From NCBI GenBank assembly GCA_964396385.1, contig CAYNFH010000006.1:1-63014 (forward strand): a stretch of 63,014 bases of DNA, in the 5' to 3' direction. The position numbers and the translations under genes were made by a program. This DNA is from an uncultured Chthonomonadaceae bacterium. Its GTDB lineage: Bacteria; Armatimonadota; Chthonomonadetes; Chthonomonadales; CAJBBX01. The stretch's first letter is position 1. The number at the start of each line of letters is the position of its first letter. The notes below the pieces were generated by a model. It saw only the letters and a program-made list of their open reading frames with translations, did not search any database and was not told where the DNA came from. Shown one piece after another: positions 36,916-46,541 of the stretch.

Positions 36916-38769
36916 CTACCGGGCGTTTCGTGGTAAAGCGTATAAGGCAACGCCGTGCGCTTCATAGAGCAACTTGGAGCGGGAGGCTAGCTCCATAAGC
37001 CGCTGCCGCTCGGCTGCGCGCCAGCCCACGGCTAGCTCGAACTGGTACTGCGGGTCGCGGTCCAGGTTGAAGTTGAGGATCAGGTGGGTGATGCCCGCGC
37101 GCCGGAGCGAGTCTTCAAAGACCACTGGTGTGTCGTACCGGATCTGCTGCTGGAATAGGGAGCTGCTCCAGTACACCTCGCGCCGCAGGGTGTAGGCGCG
37201 GGCGTCCGGGCCAAAGAGCACGTGTGCCCCGGCAGGCAGATGGCCGTTGGCCCACTCCAGCGTGTCCCGGTTATCTACGGCCTGGTGAACATATGCGTCG
37301 GCGGACCGGATGCCGAGCGCGAGCGGAAGGGCGCCCATACCCTCCTTCAGCGCGCCGGGGAGCGTAACCGCCGCGAGCCCGGTGGCCACGGCCCATCCCA
37401 CTACGGGCAGCCGGCCGGACAGGCGCATCAGCCACCACGCCGCAGACAAGGCGACGAAAGGAATGGCGGGCAGCAGGAAGCGTATCACGTCCGCCGCGGA
37501 GAGCTGTGCGATGGCGAAGACGGCAGCCGCGAGCAGGAATCCCCGCACCCAGCGCGGCGATGGGAGAGACACGGCGAGGACGGCTGCTGCGACCAGCTTC
37601 CAAAGACGACGGGTATGCGCGGCGATCCGGTCCGCCAGCGAAGCACCCGCCACTTCGAAGGTACGGTAGTACACCGTAAGGACGTGCGCCGCGTGCGTAC
37701 TCCATCCCCGCCCGTCCAGCAGGGAATAGGCGAAAGGATAGGACGGATTCCCGGTAAACACCCACGCCCGCAGGTACCAGGGGGCGGCGCAGATCAACGC
37801 CGCCGCCAGGAATCCCGGGGTCAGAGGTATGCCGCCAAGCGCGGCTACGGCAGCGGCCAGCATCGCGGCGCACAGGGCCCCGGTCAGCTTAATGCAGCAG
37901 CCGAAGCCGGCCAGCAGGGCCGCCGCCCAGAGCCAGCGCCTGCCCGAGCTCCCGCTGGACCGGTGCCACACGAGGATGGCTAGTGAGGAGGTCACCACCG
38001 CGAACGCGAGCGCGACGTCAATGGACGTGCTATTGATACTGAACCGGCGCGTGGTCACCAGGAACAGCGCGGCGCCCGCACAGCCTACCACCGGGCCGCC
38101 CAGCCGTCTCCCTAATGCGAAAGTGGATAGCGCAGCAAGGACGGTGAGCGCTGCTATTAGGGGCTTGCACGCACCGTCGCCGGCCACCGGAAGGAGAAGC
38201 ATGAACAGGTTCTCAACGCCCATGGGCGCCTGCGTAAACAGGTGAGTTGGAAGCAATCTCATGGCGCCCGCCTGCAGCCAGCGGCTTGGGGCGTCCACGT
38301 GATAGGCCAGACCATCGTAGTCCACAATAGGGGTGAAACACCCGATCGCGGTGAAGCCCAGATGAAGGGCCGCGATGGCCAGCAGCGCCCAGAGCCAAGG
38401 AGGAAGGGGTGAGGAGGTGACTCCCGGGCCCGCCTGTCCAAAGTGCGGGTCGGCGGAGGCCGGCTCTGTGTCTTCTGTAGGTGCGGTCTCAACCGCCGGC
38501 CTTCTGTACCGCACGAAGAGCGCCAGGAGCGCGCATAGGAGCAGCGCGAGGCGCACGCCTGGGGGCGTTAGCCAGCCGGGCAGGCTGAGAATGAAGGGCA
38601 AATAGGAGAGAAGGAGCAGCCCGGTGCCGGTGCGCACCAGCATCCACTCCAACCGTTCGTCCGGTACGACAGGCAGCCGCCAAAGGATGGTGGTGCCCAG
38701 ACCAAGTCCCAGACTGAGGAGCCCCAGCACGCTTGCAGCCGCCCAAATGTTTGTGAAAAGCGTCGCCAT
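36916..38769 (-). CDS. Polytopic GT-C-type membrane glycosyltransferase-like protein
   Basis: Many transmembrane helices, DYDGLAYH, IKLTG, PWYLRAWVFTGNPSYPF, RFLLP. Confidence 0.7.
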   Translation of the reverse strand: MATLFTNIWAAASVLGLLSLGLGLGTTILWRLPVVPDERLEWMLVRTGTGLLLLSYLPFILSLPGWLTPPGVRLALLLCALLALFVRYRRPAVETAPTEDTEPASADPHFGQAGPGVTSSPLPPWLWALLAIAALHLGFTAIGCFTPIVDYDGLAYHVDAPSRWLQAGAMRLLPTHLFTQAPMGVENLFMLLLPVAGDGACKPLIAALTVLAALSTFALGRRLGGPVVGCAGAALFLVTTRRFSINSTSIDVALAFAVVTSSLAILVWHRSSGSSGRRWLWAAALLAGFGCCIKLTGALCAAMLAAAVAALGGIPLTPGFLAAALICAAPWYLRAWVFTGNPSYPFAYSLLDGRGWSTHAAHVLTVYYRTFEVAGASLADRIAAHTRRLWKLVAAAVLAVSLPSPRWVRGFLLAAAVFAIAQLSAADVIRFLLPAIPFVALSAAWWLMRLSGRLPVVGWAVATGLAAVTLPGALKEGMGALPLALGIRSADAYVHQAVDNRDTLEWANGHLPAGAHVLFGPDARAYTLRREVYWSSSLFQQQIRYDTPVVFEDSLRRAGITHLILNFNLDRDPQYQFELAVGWRAAERQRLMELASRSKLLYEAHGVALYALPRNAR

Positions 38770-38871
38770 GGATATGCCTAGCTCGTTGCCGTCGGAAGGC
38801 AGCGGCGCGAAGGGACCATCCCACGTTCTCCGGGCACTTTCGTGCGGGGACACCACAAGACGTCCACCGAC

Positions 38872-40650
38872 ATGCACCACGTGATCGATCGCTTCACCGG
38901 CGGGCTGTCCGCAGGGATGGCATTGCGCCTGGCCTGGTCAATGGCTTCCGCGGTTGCCGGGGTGTGGCTGCTGGGGCGGGCGCTGCGCCGGCCTCCGGCT
39001 TCCGGCGCCCAAACAGGCTGGACCAGACCGCTGCGTCTGGCTGCGCTGGCGCTGTGCGGCCTCTGGTCCGGTGTCTGGCTGGCGCTGGCCCTCCTGCGGC
39101 TAGGCTACCCGTACGAGCTGGAGTGGAACGGCGGCGCCATGCTGGACCACAGCGAGCGCGTGCTCAACCACCTGCCGCTCTATGTTCGTCCAGGGCCGGG
39201 CTGGTTCCCTTTCGAGTACCCGCCGCTCTACTTCTGGGTATGCGCGGCTCTGATGCGTTTGGGGGACGGTGAGTCGTACGTGCCTATGCGCCTGGTCTCC
39301 ATCCTCTCTACGGTGGGCTGCGCCGCGCTGATCTTTGTGTACGTGCGGAGTCTCGTGGTTTCCCGGGGCGCCGGCCGTACCTGGGCGCTCATAGCGGCCG
39401 GCCTGTTCCTGGCCAGCTACCGGTTCACTGGCGCCTGGTACGACCTTGAGCGGCTGGACATGCTGTTCATGCTGCTGACGCTCACCGGCGCCGTCTGCCT
39501 CCTCCGGTGTCTCTCCGCCACCGGGGGAGCAGACTCCGCAACCAGGCAGGAATATAGCGGCCCTCCTATCCTGAACCCGTCCTCTGTCTTCCGTCCTCCG
39601 TCTACCTCGTGGGCCGCTGCTGCCGCGGTGGCGCTCTCGCTCGCCTTTCTCACCAAGCAGCAGGCTCTACTCTTCATCCTGGCGGGCGGAGCGGCGCTGG
39701 CATGGGCGGGCGCCGGGCGGCCGCTGGCGGTCTTCGCGGTCCTCACCGGGCTTCTGTGCGGAGGGGCCGTCGTCGCGCTCAATGCGGATTCGCAGGGCTG
39801 GTTCGGATACTATTGCTTCCACGTGCCCATAGCCAACGGCATCCGCGCCTCGCTTGTACCCATCTACTTCTGCGCGGACCTGCCGCTCTACGCGCCGTGC
39901 ATCGGCATCCTGCTGCTCGTGCTAAGGGCGCCGAAGCCGCCCGGCCCCGAAGAGGGCGCTTACTCGGCTCCGGTAAGAAATGGGCGCGCGGCCCTCGCAA
40001 CGCTGATGCTGGCGGCCGGCCTCCTGGTCAGCTTCCTGAGCAGGGCCCACTGGGGGGGAGACCAGAACGTGCTGATCCCCGGCTTCGTGTTCCTGGGGGC
40101 GTCCGCCTGCGCGGTGGCCGGGCGATGGCAACACGCTATTCCGCGGGGCGGGGCGCCGCTCTACCTGCTTATGGTGTGCCAACTCCTCACGCTCTCCTAC
40201 CGCCCTGATGCGCAGCTACCCACCGCGGTGGGCAGCGATGCCGGCCGCCGCTTTCAAGCCGCGGTCCATGATCTGGAGCGAGAGGGCGAGGTGCTGTGCA
40301 TCGACCACGGCCACGTAACGCGGCCCCGCCACTTCCACACGCTTGGGCTCCGCGACGCGATGGAAGCGGACGGAGGTATGCCTCCGGATCTCTCCGCCGC
40401 ACTGCAGGCCCATCGCTATGCCGCCATCGTGATGGACGCCCGGCCGTCCGGCAGCGGCACGGACCAGATCACGCGGTACTATCAGGTTAGGGGGACGCTC
40501 GGCATTCCCACTACATGGGTGGTCACCGGCTACCCAACGCCCAGCCCTTCCCGGACGGTCTATGTACTTAGGCCGCGCCGGGCGCTAGCACGCAGAGGAG
40601 GGCGCGTCTCCCATCAAGAACGGCCATACCGGGTCACGCACCGAGAATAG
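38872..40650 (+). CDS. Polytopic GT-C (GT39-like) membrane glycosyltransferase-like protein
   Basis: YPYELEWNGG, YPPLY, ERLD, TKQ motifs; start uncertain (38872 or 38917); heptamer insert 39577-39604. Confidence 0.7.
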   Translation: MHHVIDRFTGGLSAGMALRLAWSMASAVAGVWLLGRALRRPPASGAQTGWTRPLRLAALALCGLWSGVWLALALLRLGYPYELEWNGGAMLDHSERVLNHLPLYVRPGPGWFPFEYPPLYFWVCAALMRLGDGESYVPMRLVSILSTVGCAALIFVYVRSLVVSRGAGRTWALIAAGLFLASYRFTGAWYDLERLDMLFMLLTLTGAVCLLRCLSATGGADSATRQEYSGPPILNPSSVFRPPSTSWAAAAAVALSLAFLTKQQALLFILAGGAALAWAGAGRPLAVFAVLTGLLCGGAVVALNADSQGWFGYYCFHVPIANGIRASLVPIYFCADLPLYAPCIGILLLVLRAPKPPGPEEGAYSAPVRNGRAALATLMLAAGLLVSFLSRAHWGGDQNVLIPGFVFLGASACAVAGRWQHAIPRGGAPLYLLMVCQLLTLSYRPDAQLPTAVGSDAGRRFQAAVHDLEREGEVLCIDHGHVTRPRHFHTLGLRDAMEADGGMPPDLSAALQAHRYAAIVMDARPSGSGTDQITRYYQVRGTLGIPTTWVVTGYPTPSPSRTVYVLRPRRALARRGGRVSHQERPYRVTHRE

Positions 40651-40660
40651 GAGGAAGACC

Positions 40661-41641
40661 GTGGGAACCAGGGCGCGAGTCGCCACCGTCTGCCAGGGTA
40701 GGCAGTTCAAGCCGACCGTGGAGGCCAACGTCGAGTACGTCATGTCGCTGCTGGACACGGCCCTCAAGGAGAAGCCGGACATTGTCTGCCTGCCGGAGGC
40801 GTTCCACGATGTCGCCGTGAGCAAAGACTGCGCCGAAACTGCCGAACCCATCCCAGGACTCACGTTGAATGCATTCGCCCGCAAGGCGCGGGAGCACCGC
40901 TGCTATATCGTCTGCCCCATCCATACGCGCGAGCAGGGTCGCATCTTCAACTCTGCAGTCATACTGGACCGGGGCGGCGAGCCGGCCGGTGTCTACCACA
41001 AGGCCTGCCCCGTCACCACCTCTGCCGACTACACTTCCCTGGAGGAGGGGATCACGCCAGGTGACTCCCTGGCCGCGTTCGATCTGGACTTCGGCAGGGT
41101 CGCCGTGCAGATCTGCTTCGACATCGGGTTCCCGGAAAACTGGCAGACGCTGGCGGATAAGGGCGCCCGTCTGGTCTTCTGGCCCTCCGCCTATGACGGC
41201 GGGTTCCCTCTGCGCGCTTACGCGTATCTGCACCACTACTACGTCGTCTCCTCCACGCGGGACGGCCGCTCACGCGTAATAGACCCCTGCGGCGAGATCC
41301 TCCTGGAGACCACGGATACCTGCCCCGTGCTGGTGCGCGACATCAACCTGGACTACGTGGTGTGCCATGGCGACTGGAATATGAGCATTCCGGACAAGAT
41401 TCGGGCGAAATTTGGGCCCCGGGTGGGAGTACGCCAGTGGGACCCCGGCTCCGCCCATTTCGTGGTCGAGCCGGTGGATCCATCCATCACCTGCGCCGAG
41501 CTCCAGGAGGAGTTCGGGTTCGAGTCGACCGCCGAGTACCACAACCGGCACCGCGCGGCCTATAAGCGCATTCGCGCCGGGCAGTCGACGGTCCCGCAGC
41601 AGGCCCGCCACGGCTCGCGTCCTCAGTGGAGCAAATGGTAG
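40661..41641 (+). CDS. Carbon-nitrogen hydrolase (nitrilase superfamily)
   Basis: E-K-C triad in CLPE, YHK, QICFD. Confidence 0.9.
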   Translation: MGTRARVATVCQGRQFKPTVEANVEYVMSLLDTALKEKPDIVCLPEAFHDVAVSKDCAETAEPIPGLTLNAFARKAREHRCYIVCPIHTREQGRIFNSAVILDRGGEPAGVYHKACPVTTSADYTSLEEGITPGDSLAAFDLDFGRVAVQICFDIGFPENWQTLADKGARLVFWPSAYDGGFPLRAYAYLHHYYVVSSTRDGRSRVIDPCGEILLETTDTCPVLVRDINLDYVVCHGDWNMSIPDKIRAKFGPRVGVRQWDPGSAHFVVEPVDPSITCAELQEEFGFESTAEYHNRHRAAYKRIRAGQSTVPQQARHGSRPQWSKW

Positions 41642-41728
41642 CATGCTCATGAGTCCGGCAGAGATGCGGGATGCGGACGCAGTCTTCCGGCTGCTGGAGC
41701 AGTTGTACAAACTCCGCTGTTACCAAGC

Positions 41729-42685
41729 ATGAGTCAGATCATCAGACGAATCGAACGGCAGGCAGGAATCCCGGACCTCAGCGGAGTCCTTGCGGACGGG
41801 ATCGAGGCCGCGGATCTCCATTCCCTGCTGCAGGAGGTGTATCGGAGGCGGTCACGGCGGCGGACGCCCACTGCTGTACGACAGGACTACGAGTCAAGCC
41901 GGTTCGTCCGGCCCGCAAGCACGGACCCCCGACTGCTCCTCGAGTGGGATAGACTGGCGTTCTCCCAGCTACCGGACAGCTTCGAGCCTATAGAGCTCTC
42001 TCCGCTCAGCCCCTTAGCGACGAATGCCGCCGTGGCTATCGTGAGCCAGGACCAGTCCTTGGTTACGGCGCGCAACGTGGAGGTTGTGTCGGATCCCACC
42101 AGCGTTCTCGCCCTGGAGTGTGCGGTCCGCCGGCGAGCGCTGCTTGCGGAGGACGACCGCTCAGGAGCGGCGGTCAAGCTGGCAGCAAGCCACCGGGCGC
42201 TGCGCCCCCAGGCCCATGCGGACCCCCAGATGCTCACGCACTTCCGCCTCTTCTGCCTCTGCACAGCTAGTCGGGACGTGGGCTCCAACCGCTTCGAGTT
42301 GGAGGCGCTGTTGGAGCACCTGGGCTTCTACCTTCGGGCGCTCCAGACCTATGTGCGCGGCGGCTCCGTGCTGCGCGTGACGATCACCGATCTCATCGGG
42401 GACCCTCCACGGCACCAGTGGGAATGCGAAGTAATGGACTCGTTGAGACGCGACTTTCCGGGGGTTGAGTGCGGTTACGATCAGGCGCGTACGACGGGAC
42501 GCGGATACTACCGCGAGGTCTGCTTCCACATAGAGGAGGTCTCGTCTGGCAGCCCCCTGCAGTTGGCGGATGGAGGCGCAGTGGACTGGACAGCCAAGCT
42601 GCTCAGCAACTCAAAGGAGCGTCTCTTCATCAGCGGCATCGGCAGCGAGCGCGTCTGCAGCCTCAGGAATGGTCCAGCGAGGTAA
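41729..42685 (+). CDS. Uncharacterised protein resembling a stand-alone class II aaRS catalytic core
   Basis: HRALRPQ...HFRLF (motif 2-like), RGYY, LADGG..DW, SGIGSER (motif 3-like). Confidence 0.55.
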   Translation: MSQIIRRIERQAGIPDLSGVLADGIEAADLHSLLQEVYRRRSRRRTPTAVRQDYESSRFVRPASTDPRLLLEWDRLAFSQLPDSFEPIELSPLSPLATNAAVAIVSQDQSLVTARNVEVVSDPTSVLALECAVRRRALLAEDDRSGAAVKLAASHRALRPQAHADPQMLTHFRLFCLCTASRDVGSNRFELEALLEHLGFYLRALQTYVRGGSVLRVTITDLIGDPPRHQWECEVMDSLRRDFPGVECGYDQARTTGRGYYREVCFHIEEVSSGSPLQLADGGAVDWTAKLLSNSKERLFISGIGSERVCSLRNGPAR

Positions 42686-43452
42686 TGGGATCGCGATTCA
42701 TGCACCTGCTCCTCGGCATCGGATTCCTGTTTCCTACTGTGCAGGCACAAGTCATCCGCTTCTCTGGCTTTGATTGGCAGGTGCGCGGGGCGGGCCTCGG
42801 CGGTCCGGGACCGAACGCCTGGGATCCGGCGAACGTGTGGGTGGACCAGGCCGGAGCGCTGCACCTGAAGATCGCTCCGGTCAAGATCACCTCCGGGCAG
42901 ACGGAGTGGCGTTGCGCGGAGCTCTCCACCACCCGGCGCTTCGGGTTCGGCCGCTTTGAATTCCAGGTGACCGGCCGCATCGATACTCTGGATCGGAACG
43001 TGGTCCTCGGCATCTTCACGTATCCCACTCCGGACGTGGGTAAGGACGGCACGAACGAGATAGACATTGAGTTTGCCCGCTGGGGCAATGCGACGGCGCA
43101 CAACGGCAGCTACACGGTCTATCCCGCGGAGGGCACGGCACCGGCCGATAACCACTACGCCTTCCGCTTTGCCCTGAGCGGAAACACCACAACTCACATG
43201 TTTAACTGGTCCTCCAGCCAGATCTCCTATCGGTCCGTGCATGGGAATCCGACCCCTCGACCCTCAACCCTCAACACTCAACCGCGAGAGATCGCCCGCT
43301 GGCACTACTCTCCCGCCGACCCGCGCCTCATTCCCCAGCAACCAGTTCCGGTCCATATCAACCTGTGGCTCTTCCACGGCCGGCCGCCTGCGGATGGCCG
43401 GCCTGTAGAGATCATCGTCCGCCGGTTCACCTACACGCCGGCAGGAAGGTAA
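42685..43452 (+). CDS. Secreted GH16-family glycoside hydrolase
   Basis: Signal peptide, EIDIE catalytic motif, INLW; heptamer insert 43244-43283. Confidence 0.8.
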   Translation: MGSRFMHLLLGIGFLFPTVQAQVIRFSGFDWQVRGAGLGGPGPNAWDPANVWVDQAGALHLKIAPVKITSGQTEWRCAELSTTRRFGFGRFEFQVTGRIDTLDRNVVLGIFTYPTPDVGKDGTNEIDIEFARWGNATAHNGSYTVYPAEGTAPADNHYAFRFALSGNTTTHMFNWSSSQISYRSVHGNPTPRPSTLNTQPREIARWHYSPADPRLIPQQPVPVHINLWLFHGRPPADGRPVEIIVRRFTYTPAGR

Positions 43453-43456
43453 GTCC

Positions 43457-43915
43457 GTGAATGCGTTCGAGCCGGATGAGTGGCAGGCGAAGGTGGAGGG
43501 GCGGAGCTGCCCACTCTGCGGTCCTCCCGAGCGGCGCGTCGTGGCGGTGCTGCCCTCCGGCCGCGTGGAGCTGGTGAACGACGAGGACTTCCGGGGCTAC
43601 TGCATCCTGGTCCATCGCAGGCACGTCACGGAGCTGTTCGAGCTGTCCCAGGCGGAGAGGTCGCGGTTCGTGGAGGACGTGACCCTGGTGGCTCGCGTGC
43701 TGGAGGAGCAGCTCCGGCCCGCCAAGATCAACTACGAGGTGCTCGGTAACATCGTCCCGCACCTCCACTGCCACGTCGTCCCGCGCTACCCGGATGATGG
43801 CTACTGGGGCCAGCCAATCTGGTCGCGCCCTTCCAACCGGCTGCGCCTCCTCCCGCTGGAACAGTTTGAATTCCTCGCCCGCTCTCTGGGCGAATCACTT
43901 CTGCGGCTGCGATAG
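43457..43915 (+). CDS. HIT-family protein
   Basis: CPLC, GNIVPHLHCHVVPRY. Confidence 0.9.
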   Translation: MNAFEPDEWQAKVEGRSCPLCGPPERRVVAVLPSGRVELVNDEDFRGYCILVHRRHVTELFELSQAERSRFVEDVTLVARVLEEQLRPAKINYEVLGNIVPHLHCHVVPRYPDDGYWGQPIWSRPSNRLRLLPLEQFEFLARSLGESLLRLR

Positions 43916-43920
43916 TCACG

Positions 43921-45648
43921 TTAACGTGAGGCCAGTTGGGCGGTGGCCTTGGTGCGGTTGGCGGGCGCGGACTGAGGTGGCGGGACCGTCGGGATCGCGG
44001 TGCGGAGGATGAGGTCCTGGGTCGTGTTCTGCGTGAGCGCCAGGGTAACGATGCCGGACCCCCGGCTATCTTTATAGGCCGAGACGATGTAGCGGGCGGC
44101 CGGCAGGGAGAAGCTGTACTCGCCCTTATCGTTGGTGGTCGCCTGGTGGGCGTAGAGCGGCGCCATGATAGCCGGGTTGTCGAACACCGGGCCGGCGGCG
44201 ACTACCGTGCCGCCCGCAACGGGCGAGGTCTTGCCGCTGGAGTCCGTGGCGAGCACGTGTCCGGAGAGGGTCACGGCGCCGGGCGCGGGATCCAACCCCA
44301 CGTTCAGGCTGGCCTCACTGCCGGCCGATACGTCCACTGTGCCGGACTTCGGCGTGAATCCGTCCGCATAGAAGGCGAGCGTGCGCCGGCCGGCGGTCGC
44401 CTTCAGGCTGTAACGGCCTTGGTCGTCCGTGGTCGCGCCGAGGGCCACGTCTCTCGGAGTCACGAAGACGGCGACCCCGCCCGCAGACCCACCACCGGCT
44501 GGCTGCGCCCCGCCGGAGCCGAGCGGTGGCGGCGCGCCCTGGCCGATGAGAGGCGGTGGCGTGAGCATCACGGTGACCTGCGCGCCCTTAATGGGCGTGC
44601 CGTCCTTGGTGCTCGTAACGATGCCCGTGACCGTGCCTATCCGGGCGTGGTGCGGCTTCAGGGTGAAATCCGCCGAGGCGGCCGCTCCTGCCGCTACGGC
44701 GGCCGACTTCTGGTCAGGATCCAGTCCGGGCCGGATCGCCACGACGTTGTACGTCCCTGCCGCGAGGCCGCCGAGCGTGTAGGTGCCCTTCTCATCTGTG
44801 AAGGCGAAGTAGTCCTTTACCGGCGTCGCAGCGGCCTCGGTCGGATAGATCTGCATGAGCGCGCCTCCGTCGCCTACGGCCATGGCCGGGAGGGGCTGCA
44901 CCGGCGCAGGCTGCGCGCTCGGAGCAGCGTGGATCAGCACGCCGGAAAGCGGGGCGGTCGTACCGTCATCCGACTGCACGCTCACGGTTCCGGAGACGGA
45001 GCCTTTGGTGCTGGGGTCGGAAGGGGAGAGTGCGACGTCCCCCGCGGCAGTGCTTCCGCCGCTCACCCGGATAAAGCGGGCAAGCGGGTCGAATCCGGCG
45101 CTGGAGACACCGACCAGGTACGCGCCCAAGGGCAGGCCGGAAACGGTGTAGCTGCCGTTGGCATCCGTGTGCGTGGTCCGTACCGGCAGGGGCTGCGCGT
45201 CCGCCGGGGCGGTGGTAACGAATTGGACCACGGTCACCAGCGCGTTCTGTACCGGCTGGTGGGTGGTGGAAGAGGTGACGAGCCCGCTCACCTGGCCCGC
45301 GTCGCCCAGGACCAGGTCGCCCACGCTGGTCTCCGTGCCCTTGGCCACCTGCGCGACCAGGGCTGCGGCCCCGTGGGAGGAGCTGGCGACCAGTGTGTGG
45401 AGGCCCACCGGCACGCTGTCCAGGGTGAACTTGCCGTCCGCGCCTGCGGTGGCGCTCAGGCCGGTACCGTCCACGCTCACGGTCACCGCGTCCGTCGCGG
45501 CGCGGCTCACGCTCTGGTCCACGCGTCCGGTGATGCGGCCGGTATCGCCCGCGCTGGAGGAGGACCCGCCTCCGCCACCGCAGCCGGCCAACCCAATCAG
45601 CAGGGCCGCTGCCATCAGCCCCAGAATAAGTACGTTGACGCGCCGCAT
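43921..45648 (-). CDS. Lipoprotein with repeated carboxypeptidase-regulatory-like domains
   Basis: Lipobox LAGC then GGGGG; about five repeats of G.V....G.P....TD..G.Y. Confidence 0.85.
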   Translation of the reverse strand: MRRVNVLILGLMAAALLIGLAGCGGGGGSSSSAGDTGRITGRVDQSVSRAATDAVTVSVDGTGLSATAGADGKFTLDSVPVGLHTLVASSSHGAAALVAQVAKGTETSVGDLVLGDAGQVSGLVTSSTTHQPVQNALVTVVQFVTTAPADAQPLPVRTTHTDANGSYTVSGLPLGAYLVGVSSAGFDPLARFIRVSGGSTAAGDVALSPSDPSTKGSVSGTVSVQSDDGTTAPLSGVLIHAAPSAQPAPVQPLPAMAVGDGGALMQIYPTEAAATPVKDYFAFTDEKGTYTLGGLAAGTYNVVAIRPGLDPDQKSAAVAAGAAASADFTLKPHHARIGTVTGIVTSTKDGTPIKGAQVTVMLTPPPLIGQGAPPPLGSGGAQPAGGGSAGGVAVFVTPRDVALGATTDDQGRYSLKATAGRRTLAFYADGFTPKSGTVDVSAGSEASLNVGLDPAPGAVTLSGHVLATDSSGKTSPVAGGTVVAAGPVFDNPAIMAPLYAHQATTNDKGEYSFSLPAARYIVSAYKDSRGSGIVTLALTQNTTQDLILRTAIPTVPPPQSAPANRTKATAQLASR

Positions 45649-45750
45649 GATCCACTCCCTGCCGGCCGACTCATGACCGCGCGCCCGATTGTAGCATGGG
45701 GCACCGGGCGCGTCAATGAGGGCTGCCGAAGCGGAAGAGAATTGGCGGAA

Positions 45751-46413
45751 GTGAGTGAATTGGGGCAGATAGTCGTTCTCAATGGTACTCCACGGTCCGG
45801 GAAGTCCAGCATTGTGGCGGCCATCCAGGAGACATTTGAGGGCGTCTGGATCAACCTGGGGGTAGACCGGTATATGCAGATGACGCCGAAGAGGTATCTA
45901 CCGGGAATCGGGCTGCGGCCGGGGGGAGAGCAGCCGGACCTGGAGCCGCTCATTGCCCGCATGTACGCCGCCCTGTACGAGAGTATGGCCGCCCACAGCC
46001 GGCTGGGGCTGAACGTGGTGGCCGACGTGGACCACCATGATGCCTACTCCGGGCCGCTCGGCATCCTCCCGGACTGCGCCCGCCGCCTGGAGGGCCTGCC
46101 CGCCCTGTTCGTCGGCATCCGCTGCCCGATTGCGGTGATCATGGAGCGCCGCCGCTCCACCGGCTGGAATCAAGACCTGCCGGAGGATGCTCCACCGCCC
46201 CCGCCGGTCCTCCGCTGGCAGGAGGAGGTCCACAATCACGGTATCTACGACCTGGAGGTGGACACCTCCCTCCTCACGCCCGAGCAGTGCGCCGAAGCCA
46301 TCCATTGGCACCTCGCCGAAGGCCCTCCTCCCACCGCTTTCCAGCAACTTGGAACGACGCTGCCGGATGCCTCACGCAAAGACGCAAAGAGCGCAAAGAA
46401 GGCCGAACCCTAG
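45751..46413 (+). CDS. Chloramphenicol phosphotransferase (CPT)-family P-loop kinase
   Basis: IVVLNGTPRSGKSS, LFVGIRCP, VHNHGIYDLEVDTS; C-terminus runs into a repeat arm. Confidence 0.85.
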   Translation: MSELGQIVVLNGTPRSGKSSIVAAIQETFEGVWINLGVDRYMQMTPKRYLPGIGLRPGGEQPDLEPLIARMYAALYESMAAHSRLGLNVVADVDHHDAYSGPLGILPDCARRLEGLPALFVGIRCPIAVIMERRRSTGWNQDLPEDAPPPPPVLRWQEEVHNHGIYDLEVDTSLLTPEQCAEAIHWHLAEGPPPTAFQQLGTTLPDASRKDAKSAKKAEP

Positions 46414-46531
46414 CCGGGTTCCGTGGGCAGAAAGCATTTAGTACGGTTCCGGTTTGGCGCCGCAAGGTTCCAGCTCCTGGCATATCAATTAAGTCCAAGA
46501 CTCCCTTTGCGCCTTTGCGTCTTTGCGTGAG
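46371..46531. repeat. MITE-like element with CGCAAAG-array arms
   Basis: Perfect 19-bp terminal inverted repeats CTCACGCAAAGACGCAAAG / CTTTGCGTCTTTGCGTGAG around an about 105-bp spacer. Confidence 0.8.
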
Positions 46532-46541
46532 ACTCCGGTTC

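Noticed and set aside
41643-41732. 29-codon ORF between the nitrilase and the aaRS-like gene
   Set aside because: Too short and motif-free to support, despite the ATGA overlap
43936-45750. 825-aa plus-strand ORF as a long fusion to the CPT kinase
   Set aside because: The N-terminal 605 codons are the antisense shadow of the lipoprotein gene; the real start is near 45751
45751-46413. Bona fide chloramphenicol resistance gene
   Set aside because: Family membership does not establish substrate; no resistance context
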